A DNA stretch of 64,000 bases from Candidatus Altiarchaeota archaeon (GTDB taxonomy: Archaea; Altiarchaeota; Altiarchaeia; IMC4; QMZM01). The notes beneath the pieces are model-generated. The model was not told where the DNA came from, did no database searches, and saw only the letters and a program-made list of their open reading frames with translations. The translations under genes and the position numbers were made by a program. Where the stretch lies: assembly GCA_038891095.1 (NCBI GenBank), contig JAWAEV010000001.1, forward strand, positions 36,458-100,457, given 5' to 3'. Shown here one piece after another: positions 1 to 9,663 of this stretch; the stretch's first letter is position 1, and the number at the start of each line of letters is the position of its first letter.

Positions 1-388
1 TATTTGATAAGACTTTTTTTACTCTCTCTTTTAAATAGTCAGAAATAATTTTAAATGCTTTATATGGGCCAACATTTATGAGAGCATTTGAAATCTCGAT
101 AGGGTAAAGAAAGTATTTTCCATTTATATAGAATCTCGTTAAACGGTCAACTTTTATCCAATGCTTACCGAGTAAATCCTCTATAAGGTTATAGAGATAT
201 TGATTTTGACTAAAAAACCTGTGAGGACCAACATCTGTTATAAAGTCACCATAGTGAAAAGTTCTTGCTAAACCACCAACTTGATCATTTTTTTCAATTA
301 CAATGAAATGTTTATCCGATTTATATAGCTCAAATGCTGTTGCAATTCCTGCAGGACCTGCACCAAGTATTAAAATTTCTTTTTTCAA
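1..388 (-). CDS. FAD-dependent oxidoreductase (UDP-galactopyranose mutase/protoporphyrinogen oxidase-like), runs off the left edge
   Basis: Manual translation from TTG at 388: MKKEILILGAGPAGIATAFEL...IEKNDQVGGLART...DVGPHRFF (GxGxxG and GG motifs); not in the ORF track. Confidence 0.8.
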   Translation of the reverse strand, partial: MKKEILILGAGPAGIATAFELYKSDKHFIVIEKNDQVGGLARTFHYGDFITDVGPHRFFSQNQYLYNLIEDLLGKHWIKVDRLTRFYINGKYFLYPIEISNALINVGPYKAFKIISDYLKERVKKVLSN

Positions 389-412
389 TTTTCATTTAGT
401 GTGATAAAATTT

Positions 413-1315
413 TTAGTTTACCTTCTTTAGTACATATATGTCGATATAGGTGTTCCCCATGTGGGAAAAATATTTTAGTTTATCTAAAATAAAATAGCCG
501 GGTAATTCTGAAAGAGAGATTACATAGTCATTATTTACAACGCATATCCTTTGAGTAATATTTTTATTTCCCGGATAGATAGGATCGATATTACCAAACT
601 TTTTTAGACAATAGTCATACAAAAACCAGCAATTAAATTCAAATCCGCCGTCTATATCCTCTGGTGATATTCCAGACTCCATCAACTTGTTTAGTGCAGT
701 CCATAAAGTTCTATTATAATTTAAGAAGTCATATGTACCAACTACTGAAAAAATAGCAAAAATAACTAAAATAATTCCTAAAATAGCTGAGAAAAATGGA
801 AGTTCTCTTACTCTCTCTATTGAACTTAGCAAAAGCACGAGAATAATTGGAATTAAGGGAAGTATATATCTATCAAATAACCCAGGTAAAATAGCTAAAC
901 TAGTGAAATATGATAAGCCAATAAAATAAACCAGAGCTATAGAAGAGCTTTCTTTTTTTCTAATCTGAATTTCATTGTAAATTAATAGTAGTGTTATAGC
1001 TGTAGAGATTATAACCAAAACGGTGAGAGATAATATATATACTGAGTTATAGGGAGTATTATCGACAATGCTAATAGGTCCAAAACCATATTGATTTATA
1101 ATTCCGCCGAAAAAATGTGATTGATTTCCTTGTTTAATCAAAAAACCTAAAAAACCAAGTGAGAGTATGCTTGATATAATACAAAATAAATACTTTACAT
1201 TACTTGCATACGCCCAATCATCATTTATCGGGAACTCCCCATCTGGAGGGACTATAAAAACTAACAGCAAGTAGATTATTGCTATTATGATAAAACTTTT
1301 GAATTCTGTTTTCAT
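413..1315 (-). CDS. GT-C (ArnT/GT39-like) membrane glycosyltransferase, possibly internally deleted
   Basis: N-terminal TM plus PINDDWAYA motif, FDRYILP, C-terminal IDGGFEFN; only 300 aa. Confidence 0.55.
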   Translation of the reverse strand: MKTEFKSFIIIAIIYLLLVFIVPPDGEFPINDDWAYASNVKYLFCIISSILSLGFLGFLIKQGNQSHFFGGIINQYGFGPISIVDNTPYNSVYILSLTVLVIISTAITLLLIYNEIQIRKKESSSIALVYFIGLSYFTSLAILPGLFDRYILPLIPIILVLLLSSIERVRELPFFSAILGIILVIFAIFSVVGTYDFLNYNRTLWTALNKLMESGISPEDIDGGFEFNCWFLYDYCLKKFGNIDPIYPGNKNITQRICVVNNDYVISLSELPGYFILDKLKYFSHMGNTYIDIYVLKKVN

Positions 1316-1376
1316 TTCTTTTTATTATATTGCATTTATTTAAATTGTTTTTATTATTTAATTTGAAAAATTTGAA

Positions 1377-1541
1377 TTATTGTGGAATATTTTGGATATA
1401 CATTTTTAATTTCTTCCCTATTACATCATTACAAAAATTTTCCTTAAACAATTTGTAACCTTCTTCTGCTATTTTTTCTCTTAAATTTGGATTGTTTTTT
1501 AATAATAAAATTGCATTGGCTATCGCTGTTGGATTTCTACC
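1377..1541 (-). pseudogene. C-terminal remnant of a GT4 glycosyltransferase
   Basis: Frame with no start codon, GRNPTAIANAILLLKNNPNLREKIAEEGYKLFKENF...*, directly after the TGA of the upstream GT4. Confidence 0.65.
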
Positions 1542-2633
1542 TCATTTATTTAGCATACTTTCAACAATTTTCTTTAATTTTTGTTTTCTTAGCTCTTTTG
1601 AAAAATTATTTTTAACTCTTTCGATTCCTTTTTTACTCAATTTTTCACAGAGGTGGTCATCAGTAATCAACATCTCTATTTTTTCTACTAAATCATCTAT
1701 GTTTCCTTTTTCTATACTGCCTCTATCAGCAATTAATCCTGCATCACCCAAAATTTCAGGAAGTGCGGTTCTGTTTGATGCTATCACAGGAATTCCACAA
1801 GCCATTGCTTCACACATAGCAACACCAAACGTTTCATTCCAGCTATATTGAACATAAATTTTACATTGATTTAAAAATTTTACATAATCTTTAGCTGTCT
1901 TAAAAAAATTCATAAATATTACTTTATCTAAAATTCCGAGTTCCTCTGCTCTTCTTTTGATAATCTCTTTTCCACCAATACTCTCAATTTCGTCACCCAC
2001 ATATATAAGAAAATATTCTGGATATTTATTGATAATTCTACTAAAAGCTTCCAATAAAGGCAATAATCCTTTCTTATTTAGTCTAAGTTTGGATATCCAA
2101 CAAACAGTTGTTATGTATGGTTTTTTTTCTATTCTTATTGGCTTGAAAATATTGATGTCTACCGAATTATAAACAACTTCGTTTGTAGGATTTCTTACTA
2201 TTTTATCTGCACTATCTTTCGCATATTTAGAAACTGATATCACTTTATCTGCAAATTTTAAAGTTAAGTTTGTTATCGCCTTCTTAAAGATAGATTTATT
2301 TTCATAACATGGATATTCCCTTGGAAGTTCCCCTCTTTCAATTTCAGCACCAGCAGCAACTATTATACAAGGTTTCCTGAAAATTTTTGACAATAAGACT
2401 ATATCAAATGATATAGCCCACCAAGCAAAGAATATATCAACACTCTTAAGTTTTTTATACCACTCAAACCATTTAGATATTCCTCTTAAATATCTGAAAA
2501 TTTCTGATGGATAAAATAAAGATTTAGAAGAACAAACTATGACATTATATCCAAGTTCTCTAAAAATTTCTGCATCTCTCTCACCAAAATTTGATCTAGT
2601 TGCTATGAATATGGTTACTTTCCTTTTTTTCAT
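1542..2633 (-). CDS. glycosyltransferase family 4
   Basis: ETFGVAMCEAMACGIPVIAS (EX7E) motif. Confidence 0.9.
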   Translation of the reverse strand: MKKRKVTIFIATRSNFGERDAEIFRELGYNVIVCSSKSLFYPSEIFRYLRGISKWFEWYKKLKSVDIFFAWWAISFDIVLLSKIFRKPCIIVAAGAEIERGELPREYPCYENKSIFKKAITNLTLKFADKVISVSKYAKDSADKIVRNPTNEVVYNSVDINIFKPIRIEKKPYITTVCWISKLRLNKKGLLPLLEAFSRIINKYPEYFLIYVGDEIESIGGKEIIKRRAEELGILDKVIFMNFFKTAKDYVKFLNQCKIYVQYSWNETFGVAMCEAMACGIPVIASNRTALPEILGDAGLIADRGSIEKGNIDDLVEKIEMLITDDHLCEKLSKKGIERVKNNFSKELRKQKLKKIVESMLNK

Positions 2634-3895
2634 CTTACATTTTTCACACTCTCATAAATTTTAACTAATTCTCTTGCAATTTTCTCCTCAGAATAATCTT
2701 TCGCTTTTTCTCTTGCTTCCTCACATAAAACCTCTCTAAATTTTCTATTTTGAATTATAGTTTTTATGCTGTATATCAGACCATTTACATCTCCTGGTTC
2801 AATTAAAAATCCATCCTTTCCATTCTCAATTATATCAACAACTCCCCCTATCTTTGATGCAATTACAATTTTTCCAGAAGCCATTGCCTCTAAGGCAACT
2901 CTTCCAAATGCTTCCCCTATCAGAGAAGGAAAAACAACTATGTCATTCTCTTCATAAATTTGAGGAATTTTCTCATAGGTAACTTCACCACAAATTTTAA
3001 TTTTCTCTTGCAAGTTATTCTCCTTTACAAAATTTTTCATCCATTTTTCTAATGAACCTGCACCATAGAAATTTGCTCTATAGTCCATTTTTATTTCCCT
3101 TAACGCTTCTAACAAAATTTGAGGTCCTTTAAATTTTTCATAATTACCAATGTAAAGAATTCTCGCAGGATCATGTTGCTCAACTTTCAATTTCGAGAAT
3201 TTTCCTAACTCAACCATGTTAGGCACTACAGCAATTCTCTCTTCTGGAATTCCTTCTCTTAATAAGAGATTTTTCATAAAGTTGCTGACTGCAATGAAAA
3301 AATCCATCTCCCTTAGAGACTTTTTTCTTTTTTTAAACCGATGATAAACATAAAAAACAAAAAAAGGGTTATACTGAAGGTAAAATTTTTTCTCAACTTT
3401 TGAAATTTTTCCAGATCTTAAGAAACATTTAAAAAATTTCAGAAAGGAACAGGTTTCATTACAAAGTTTATTTTCCCTTACAAGTGTTCCCAAAGGGCAA
3501 AAAAGTTGAGGTGAATTAATATGTGCTATCATTGGCTTTCTAACTTTTTCTTTTGCTTTTGCTGCTCCAATTATTGAATTGATATTCATGCAATGTATTA
3601 AATCAAAATTTTCCTTCTTGTCAAGTTTTATTAACTCTTTCTCAGTTGTGAAAGGAAATACAACTGCTCTTTTAAAATTTTCAATAACAGAATTGGGATT
3701 TTTTCCAGTTAGCAAATTTCTATAAATTTTTACACCTTCATGTTCTTCATATTTTTTTGGCTCATTAAAGTGGGAGGTTAGAATGGATACATCAATTCCT
3801 TGGTTAGATAAATTCTTTGCTAATAGCCAAGAAGAAATTTCACCTCCACCAAAGATTTTTGGAGGAAAATATTCTGAGATGAGAAGGATTTTCAT
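2630..3895 (-). CDS. glycosyltransferase family 4
   Basis: MKILLISEYFPP..GGGE; EAFGRVALEAMASG. Confidence 0.9.
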   Translation of the reverse strand: MKILLISEYFPPKIFGGGEISSWLLAKNLSNQGIDVSILTSHFNEPKKYEEHEGVKIYRNLLTGKNPNSVIENFKRAVVFPFTTEKELIKLDKKENFDLIHCMNINSIIGAAKAKEKVRKPMIAHINSPQLFCPLGTLVRENKLCNETCSFLKFFKCFLRSGKISKVEKKFYLQYNPFFVFYVYHRFKKRKKSLREMDFFIAVSNFMKNLLLREGIPEERIAVVPNMVELGKFSKLKVEQHDPARILYIGNYEKFKGPQILLEALREIKMDYRANFYGAGSLEKWMKNFVKENNLQEKIKICGEVTYEKIPQIYEENDIVVFPSLIGEAFGRVALEAMASGKIVIASKIGGVVDIIENGKDGFLIEPGDVNGLIYSIKTIIQNRKFREVLCEEAREKAKDYSEEKIARELVKIYESVKNVR

Positions 3896-3912
3896 TTTTT
3901 CTGTTTAGCTAA

Positions 3913-4869
3913 TTATTCCAAAATTCCTTTTTTTAGCATATCAAAAATCCACTCAACCTCTTTCTTTAAACCTTCTTTAATTTTAACTTTTGGTTTGTAG
4001 CCAAGAATTTTTCTTGCCTTTGAAATGTCAGCAATTGTATCAGCCATATCGCCCTTTTGTTTTTCTATATATGAGACATCTGCCTTTCTATTAGTAATCT
4101 CTTCCAAAATTTTTATTATTTCATTTATTGAAATTCTTGAGCCTCCGCCAATATTGAAAATTTCTCCTTCTGCATTAGAATTCATTGCAAGTATATTTGC
4201 CTCAACAATATCTGAAACAAAAGTAAAGTCTCTTGTCTGCTCTCCAGAACCATAAACTTCAAAATTTTTTCCAAGAAGTATGGCCTTAATAAATTTATGG
4301 AAAGCCATATCTGGTCTTTGTCTTGGCCCATAGACTGTAAAATATCTCAGAGAGATGCAAGGCACAGAAAAATTTTTCCAGTAAAGTTGACACAAATTCT
4401 CAGCTGCTAATTTAGAAACACCATAAGGAGAAATAGGCTTTGTAATAGAATTTTCCTTCATTGGAAATTTTTTTACATCACCATAAACTGATGATGAAGA
4501 TGCATAAATGAATTTTTTAATTTTCAATTCCTTACAGGCTTCTAAAAGTTTTTGAGTTGCAAGGATGTTATTTTGAGTATAAATTTCAAAATCTTTTCCC
4601 CAAGATTTTCTCACACCACCTTGAGCTGCTTCATGGAAAATATATTCTATGTTAGATAAAATTTTTTTCAGATTTAAATTTAGGATATTTGCTTCAATAA
4701 ATTTAAAATTTCTATTTTGTTTAGCTTTTTCTATATTGCTCTCCTTTATCTTTCTCGCATAATAGTCAGTGAAACAATCTATTCCAATGACCTCGTGACC
4801 TAAATCTAAAAGTTTCTCAACTATGTGTGAACCTATAAAACCTGCACATCCCGTTACAAAACATCTCAT
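3913..4869 (-). CDS. NAD-dependent nucleotide-sugar epimerase/dehydratase
   Basis: MRCFVTGCAGFIGS, YGVSK (YxxxK), YFTVYGPRQRPDM; start placed at ATG 4869. Confidence 0.9.
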   Translation of the reverse strand: MRCFVTGCAGFIGSHIVEKLLDLGHEVIGIDCFTDYYARKIKESNIEKAKQNRNFKFIEANILNLNLKKILSNIEYIFHEAAQGGVRKSWGKDFEIYTQNNILATQKLLEACKELKIKKFIYASSSSVYGDVKKFPMKENSITKPISPYGVSKLAAENLCQLYWKNFSVPCISLRYFTVYGPRQRPDMAFHKFIKAILLGKNFEVYGSGEQTRDFTFVSDIVEANILAMNSNAEGEIFNIGGGSRISINEIIKILEEITNRKADVSYIEKQKGDMADTIADISKARKILGYKPKVKIKEGLKKEVEWIFDMLKKGILE

Positions 4870-4919
4870 TTTTCTATTTTTTGTATTTTTATTAATTCCC
4901 GAACTAAAGTTAATAAGAC

Positions 4920-5612
4920 ATGAATAATATTGAACTAGCAAAGAAATTATCTGCAAAGAAGGCAATTGAATTTGTTAAGGAGGGTATGAGTATCGGCTTA
5001 GGTACAGGGACAACCACAGAGTATTTTATCTATGGATTATCTAAGCTAATTGCAAAAGAGAAAATAAAAATTGTTGGAATTCCAACTTCTCTAAACACAG
5101 AAAAGTTAGCTAAAAAATTAAAAATTCCAATTTCAACTCTTGATAAATATCCCGAAGTAGATCTATGCATTGATGGTGCTGATCAAATTGACTTTAAATT
5201 TAATATGATTAAAGGTGGTAAAGGAGCGCATACAAGAGAGAAGATAATTGCAAAAGCATCAAAGAAGTATGTTGTCATTGTTGACTATACAAAAATTTCA
5301 AGAATCCTTAACAGAGAAGTTCCGGTTGAAATTTTAAATTTTTCAAAGGGATTTGTTGAGAAAGAGCTGATCAAAATTGGTGGGACTCCAAAATTGAGGG
5401 AAAATTTTATAACTGACAATGGATGCATCATCTTAGATACAAAATTTAAGAGGATTGATAATGCTAAAAAAACTGAGTTAATGATAAATTCAATTCCAGG
5501 AGTAATTGAAAATGGAATTTTCTCGATGAGAAAGCCAGATATTGTAATTGTTGGTTATCCTGAAAAAGTTGAAATTTTAGAAAGAAGATATTTAAAAAGA
5601 AATTCAAAATGA
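4920..5612 (+). CDS. rpiA: ribose-5-phosphate isomerase A
   Basis: GLGTGTT, DGADQ, IKGGKGAHTREK. Confidence 0.95.
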   Translation: MNNIELAKKLSAKKAIEFVKEGMSIGLGTGTTTEYFIYGLSKLIAKEKIKIVGIPTSLNTEKLAKKLKIPISTLDKYPEVDLCIDGADQIDFKFNMIKGGKGAHTREKIIAKASKKYVVIVDYTKISRILNREVPVEILNFSKGFVEKELIKIGGTPKLRENFITDNGCIILDTKFKRIDNAKKTELMINSIPGVIENGIFSMRKPDIVIVGYPEKVEILERRYLKRNSK

Positions 5613-6700
5613 AAAAATTTGAGCTTTTTTATGACACTGAAACTGGAGAAGCATTTTTTCAGGGAATAAATGTTGCAATAGAAGGTGAACACACAATGTT
5701 GAGTGAAATTCAGAAAGAATGTGAAAAGATAGTTGGACCTTCAACAAAGATAATGATGTATAATGCAGCAAAAAAATTTTCGAAAGAAATTTTTCCTTAT
5801 TATTTATCATACAAAGGTACGAAAGGGGAAGCAACTAATAGAGAGATTACTTTAGAACTTTTAGATTTATTGTCTAACTTAGGTTATGGCCTTTTTTCTA
5901 TAGAAAGTTATGATGAAAAAAATCTTGAATTTGGTGTTAAAGTAAAAAATTGTTGTAATGCACTAATTCATGGAAAATCTAACAAACAAATATGTTATGC
6001 AATTTCTGGAGTTTTAGCATGCCTATTTGAACTCGTATTTAGAAAAGAGATGTTTTGTGAAGAGATATCTTGCAACTCTCAAGGACATGAATTTTGCAGA
6101 TTTAAAATCACCTCTTCTGGAAGAGATATCAAAACAATTAAAGGGGAATGTAAAATAAAAATTCAAAAAGAAAAGGCTAAGAGAGAGTATATTTATTTTG
6201 ATGAGAGTACCGGTAAAATTAAAGTGAGAGGAATGAATGTACTTATCTTTCCTAGATGTTGGATTGCAGAAATTCAGAAAGAGTTTGAGAGGATTATCGG
6301 ACCAGCAACAAAAACAATATTTTACAATATAAACAAAAAATGTACTATTAACGATCTACCTAGCATTATCAACTCTAACATTATTGCTAAAATTTTAAAG
6401 AAACTATCAAAGAGAAAACTTATGTTTGAGTTATTTAGAGACGCAAATATGCTTGGGTATGGTATCATAGAACTTCAAGAGTTTAATGAAGATAGTGCTG
6501 AAATTAAGATAAAAATAAAAAATTGTTATAATTCTGTAGGTTATATAAATACAAAAAAACCGATATGTTATTACACCACTGGACTAATCTCAGGCGCTTC
6601 AGAAGTTATTTTTGAAAGAGGAATGGATTGTATTGAAACAAAATGTAAAGGCAAAGGAGATGATTATTGTGAATTTTATGCTCATCCAACAAAATATTAA
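5609..6700 (+). CDS. tandem V4R-domain protein (two modules)
   Basis: Two repeats of LGYG...K(P/Q)IC...G...E..C...G...C.F. Confidence 0.8.
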   Translation: MKKFELFYDTETGEAFFQGINVAIEGEHTMLSEIQKECEKIVGPSTKIMMYNAAKKFSKEIFPYYLSYKGTKGEATNREITLELLDLLSNLGYGLFSIESYDEKNLEFGVKVKNCCNALIHGKSNKQICYAISGVLACLFELVFRKEMFCEEISCNSQGHEFCRFKITSSGRDIKTIKGECKIKIQKEKAKREYIYFDESTGKIKVRGMNVLIFPRCWIAEIQKEFERIIGPATKTIFYNINKKCTINDLPSIINSNIIAKILKKLSKRKLMFELFRDANMLGYGIIELQEFNEDSAEIKIKIKNCYNSVGYINTKKPICYYTTGLISGASEVIFERGMDCIETKCKGKGDDYCEFYAHPTKY

Positions 6701-6709
6701 TTAAGGAAA

Positions 6710-7084
6710 ATGCCAGAAACAAAAAAAGACAGATTATTGGGAATTTTGAAAACTCTCACAGCAATAGGCGACATAGAAGGTTCAGCAATTGTTACAAGGG
6801 ATGGTCTGCTTATTGCTTCAGATCTTCCAAGAGATGTTGATGCTGAGACATTTGCAGCAATGTCAGCAACAATGTTAGGAGCAGCAGAAACTGCTGTAAG
6901 TGAGCTAAAGAGAGGTATAGTTGAAAGAGTCATTGCTGAAGGCAAGCAATCAAAGTTAATTGCAAAAGGCGCTGGTGCTTCAGCGGTTTTAGTTTCAATG
7001 GTAAGGCCTGATGCTAATCTTGGTTTAGTTTTAGTAGAGATAGGCAAAGCATCTGAGAAAATTGAGAAGGAGATGAGTGCATAA
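6710..7084 (+). CDS. Roadblock/LC7 (MglB-like) protein
   Basis: IEGSAIVTRDGLLIAS...FAAMSATMLGAAE...NLGLVLVE. Confidence 0.9.
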   Translation: MPETKKDRLLGILKTLTAIGDIEGSAIVTRDGLLIASDLPRDVDAETFAAMSATMLGAAETAVSELKRGIVERVIAEGKQSKLIAKGAGASAVLVSMVRPDANLGLVLVEIGKASEKIEKEMSA

Positions 7085-7518
7085 TGGAAAAAAATAAATT
7101 AAAACTGCAAGAGGAATTACAAAGGAATCTATTAGAGTTAGAAATTTACAAGAAAAAATTTGAAAATTTAACTCAGGAAATGCAAATGGTTGAGTTATCC
7201 ATAGTTGAATTAGACAACACTAAGAAAGCAATAAACATATTGAAAAATGAAAAATCCTCTGGAGAAACTCTCGTTTCTATAGGCTCTGGAGTTTACTCAA
7301 AAGCAAATAATTTAGATAATGAAAAAGTTCTTCTTGGTATTGGCGCAGGTTTTTATGTAGAGAAAACAATTGATGAAGCATCTAAAATTTTAGATGAAAG
7401 AATGGAAAAGTTGAGCAAAGTTGCTAATGAGATACAGAAAAATGCCTCAGATGTAAGTGATAAAATCTCGGAGTTAAATAACCTATCTGAAGATCTGCTG
7501 AGAGAATTACAAAAATAA
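7084..7518 (+). CDS. pfdA: prefoldin alpha subunit
   Basis: Coiled coil with ETLVSIGSGVY and VLLGIGAGFYVEK hairpins; adjacent to ftsY. Confidence 0.9.
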   Translation: MEKNKLKLQEELQRNLLELEIYKKKFENLTQEMQMVELSIVELDNTKKAINILKNEKSSGETLVSIGSGVYSKANNLDNEKVLLGIGAGFYVEKTIDEASKILDERMEKLSKVANEIQKNASDVSDKISELNNLSEDLLRELQK

Positions 7519-7534
7519 TATCCCTAATTTTAAA

Positions 7535-8509
7535 ATGTTTGATTCTCTGAGAAAGAAAGTAGAGTCTTTCATTGGTGTTATCAGAAAAACTAAGGAAGAA
7601 GAAAGCGAAAAAGAAGTTATAGAGTTGGGAAAAATAACAAAAATAAAGTATACTCTCAGTGATAAGATAAAATTTTCTAAGGAGGATATAGAGAGCATAA
7701 TTGAAAATTTTCGGTTTGAATTAATTCAAGCAGATGTTGCTTATGAAACCTCAGAGAGAATAGCAGATATGATAAAAGAGGAATTATCAGGAAAAGAGAT
7801 CCAAAAAAATGAATTGAATTCATTTGTAAGAGGAATATTTAGAAAGGTACTTCTTGAAATTTTAAATTCTGCTGAGGATTTAGATTTTTTTGATAAAGTT
7901 AAAAATTCTGAAAAACCATTTAAAATTATCTTTTTTGGGATAAACGGCTCTGGAAAAACAACAACAATTGCAAAAGTTGCATATCTTTTGTTGAAAAAAA
8001 ATTTTTCAGTTGTATTTGCAGCTGCGGATACATTTAGAGCAGGAGCAATAGAGCAAATTGAAAAACATGCGCAAAATTTGAATGTTAGAGTTATAAAACA
8101 TAAAAAAGGTGCTGATTCTGCTGCTGTAATTTATGATGCGATAGCACATGCAAAATCTAAGGGTATTGATGTAGTATTAGCCGACACTGCAGGAAGAATG
8201 CAAACTAACATAAATTTAATGGATGAAATGAAAAAGATCTGCAGAGTTAATAAACCAGATATGAAAATTTTTGTAGGTGACGCCCTAACAGGTAACGATG
8301 CAATTTCTCAAGCAGAAATGTTTGAAAAAGAGATTGGCATAGATGCTGTGATACTGACAAAAATGGACGCAGATGTAAAAGGTGGCTGTGCTCTCTCAAT
8401 AATTAACACAATAAAAAAACCAATAATTTTTATTGGTGTGGGCCAGAGATACGAAGACTTGGTAGAGTTTGACAAGGAATGGTTTGTAGATAAGATTGTG
8501 GGAAAGTAA
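7535..8509 (+). CDS. ftsY: SRP receptor FtsY
   Basis: GINGSGKTTT, DTFRAGA, DTAGR, TKMD. Confidence 0.95.
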   Translation: MFDSLRKKVESFIGVIRKTKEEESEKEVIELGKITKIKYTLSDKIKFSKEDIESIIENFRFELIQADVAYETSERIADMIKEELSGKEIQKNELNSFVRGIFRKVLLEILNSAEDLDFFDKVKNSEKPFKIIFFGINGSGKTTTIAKVAYLLLKKNFSVVFAAADTFRAGAIEQIEKHAQNLNVRVIKHKKGADSAAVIYDAIAHAKSKGIDVVLADTAGRMQTNINLMDEMKKICRVNKPDMKIFVGDALTGNDAISQAEMFEKEIGIDAVILTKMDADVKGGCALSIINTIKKPIIFIGVGQRYEDLVEFDKEWFVDKIVGK

Positions 8510-8572
8510 GAAAAGTCATGATTAGTTTTTGGTATATAAGAGATTTATCATTCCATAATTAGTTATTTTACA

Positions 8573-8880
8573 CTATGGGCTTTTTAAAGAAGACCGCCAT
8601 ATTTTTTTCAGTTTTGGTATTATTGATGTGATTGTTATGATTCCTAAGGTCAGAATAATTGATGATATCTCCAAAGTCGGATTACTTCGCATAAGAGGTA
8701 AGGTAGCACAGATATACCCCGGAGTACATCCATATTGTTTTTCGCAATCTGCCAAGGGAAAGAGAGATTATTAGTTATGGCCCAATTAAAACTTAAAAAA
8801 GAGCAACATTACAACCAGTGTAATTATTGCTGCTTTTGCTGCATCTGAATATTTTATAAAGAATAGAGCAAACTACTAAA
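8573..8880 (-). pseudogene. possible degraded small membrane protein
   Basis: 60-aa ORF with a TM segment; upstream hydrophobic coding-like sequence lies in other frames. Confidence 0.3.
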
Positions 8881-8915
8881 TAAAGGATAAAAGATAGGTA
8901 GAATAAATGATCTTG

Positions 8916-8950
8916 AACCCGCAGTCTTTTTAGACTGCGGGCGGAGGTGG
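8916..8950 (+). mobile_element. GC-rich hairpin resembling an IS200/IS605 or IS607 right end
   Basis: Perfect 10-bp stem CCCGCAGTCT-TTTT-AGACTGCGGG followed by CGGAGGT. Confidence 0.45.
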
Positions 8951-9014
8951 TTGGTCTTGGCTCTCGGAGGTGGTTTGTTTAAGAAACCTCACGAGCTTGA
9001 TTCATGAACAAAAC

Positions 9015-9491
9015 TTATGACTTAATTTCTGATTTAATTTTGTAGTAAACTTTCCTTCCAACATATACCTTCTCCAAGATATTATCTTTGAATAGCTTAC
9101 TCATTCTTGCTGATGCTGCATTTCTACCACGATATGCAAACTCTCTTTTTATATCATCTGCACAAACTTTGCCTTTTTCTTTTATGAAATTTAATATTTC
9201 TATGTCCCTCTCTGAAAGCATTTCTGTTTTTGCTATGCCCATCTGGTTATTTTCAAATTTTTTATTTAGTATTGCTATCTGTTCGCATAGCATATTTAAC
9301 TTTTCAATAATTGCATCAAATTTCGTGTTAATTTCCTTCACTATAAGATTTGTGCTATTCTTCTCTTTCTCTATGACATGAAGAAGCGCAGCTCCAGCAA
9401 ATGGGTCCTCCATTGCCTCTATTATTTCAGATAACGGCCCGTATTGCGCTTTTAGATTTTCTTTATATTCTTCAACAGTTGGATTTTTCAT
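9015..9491 (-). CDS. coiled-coil plus C-terminal winged-helix protein
   Basis: LSERDIEILNFIKEKGKVCA...ASARMSKL...VGRKVYY. Confidence 0.7.
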   Translation of the reverse strand: MKNPTVEEYKENLKAQYGPLSEIIEAMEDPFAGAALLHVIEKEKNSTNLIVKEINTKFDAIIEKLNMLCEQIAILNKKFENNQMGIAKTEMLSERDIEILNFIKEKGKVCADDIKREFAYRGRNAASARMSKLFKDNILEKVYVGRKVYYKIKSEIKS

Positions 9492-9663
9492 GACTATTAT
9501 GATTTAGTCATGATTCTATATAAATAGTTATCGTTTTTTAGCCAGTTTTTAGCCAAATTTTTGCAAAAATTAGGGTTTTTACCCAATTTTTCAGGATTTT
9601 TAGAGAATTTTCATAGGTTTTATATGTTAGGAACACATATATAAAAATTAACAGGTAAAAAAG

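Noticed and set aside
1542-1544. TGA as a selenocysteine or recoded codon
   Set aside because: The upstream GT4 is already complete, the downstream peptide duplicates a GT4 C-terminus, and TGA is a normal stop elsewhere in the window.
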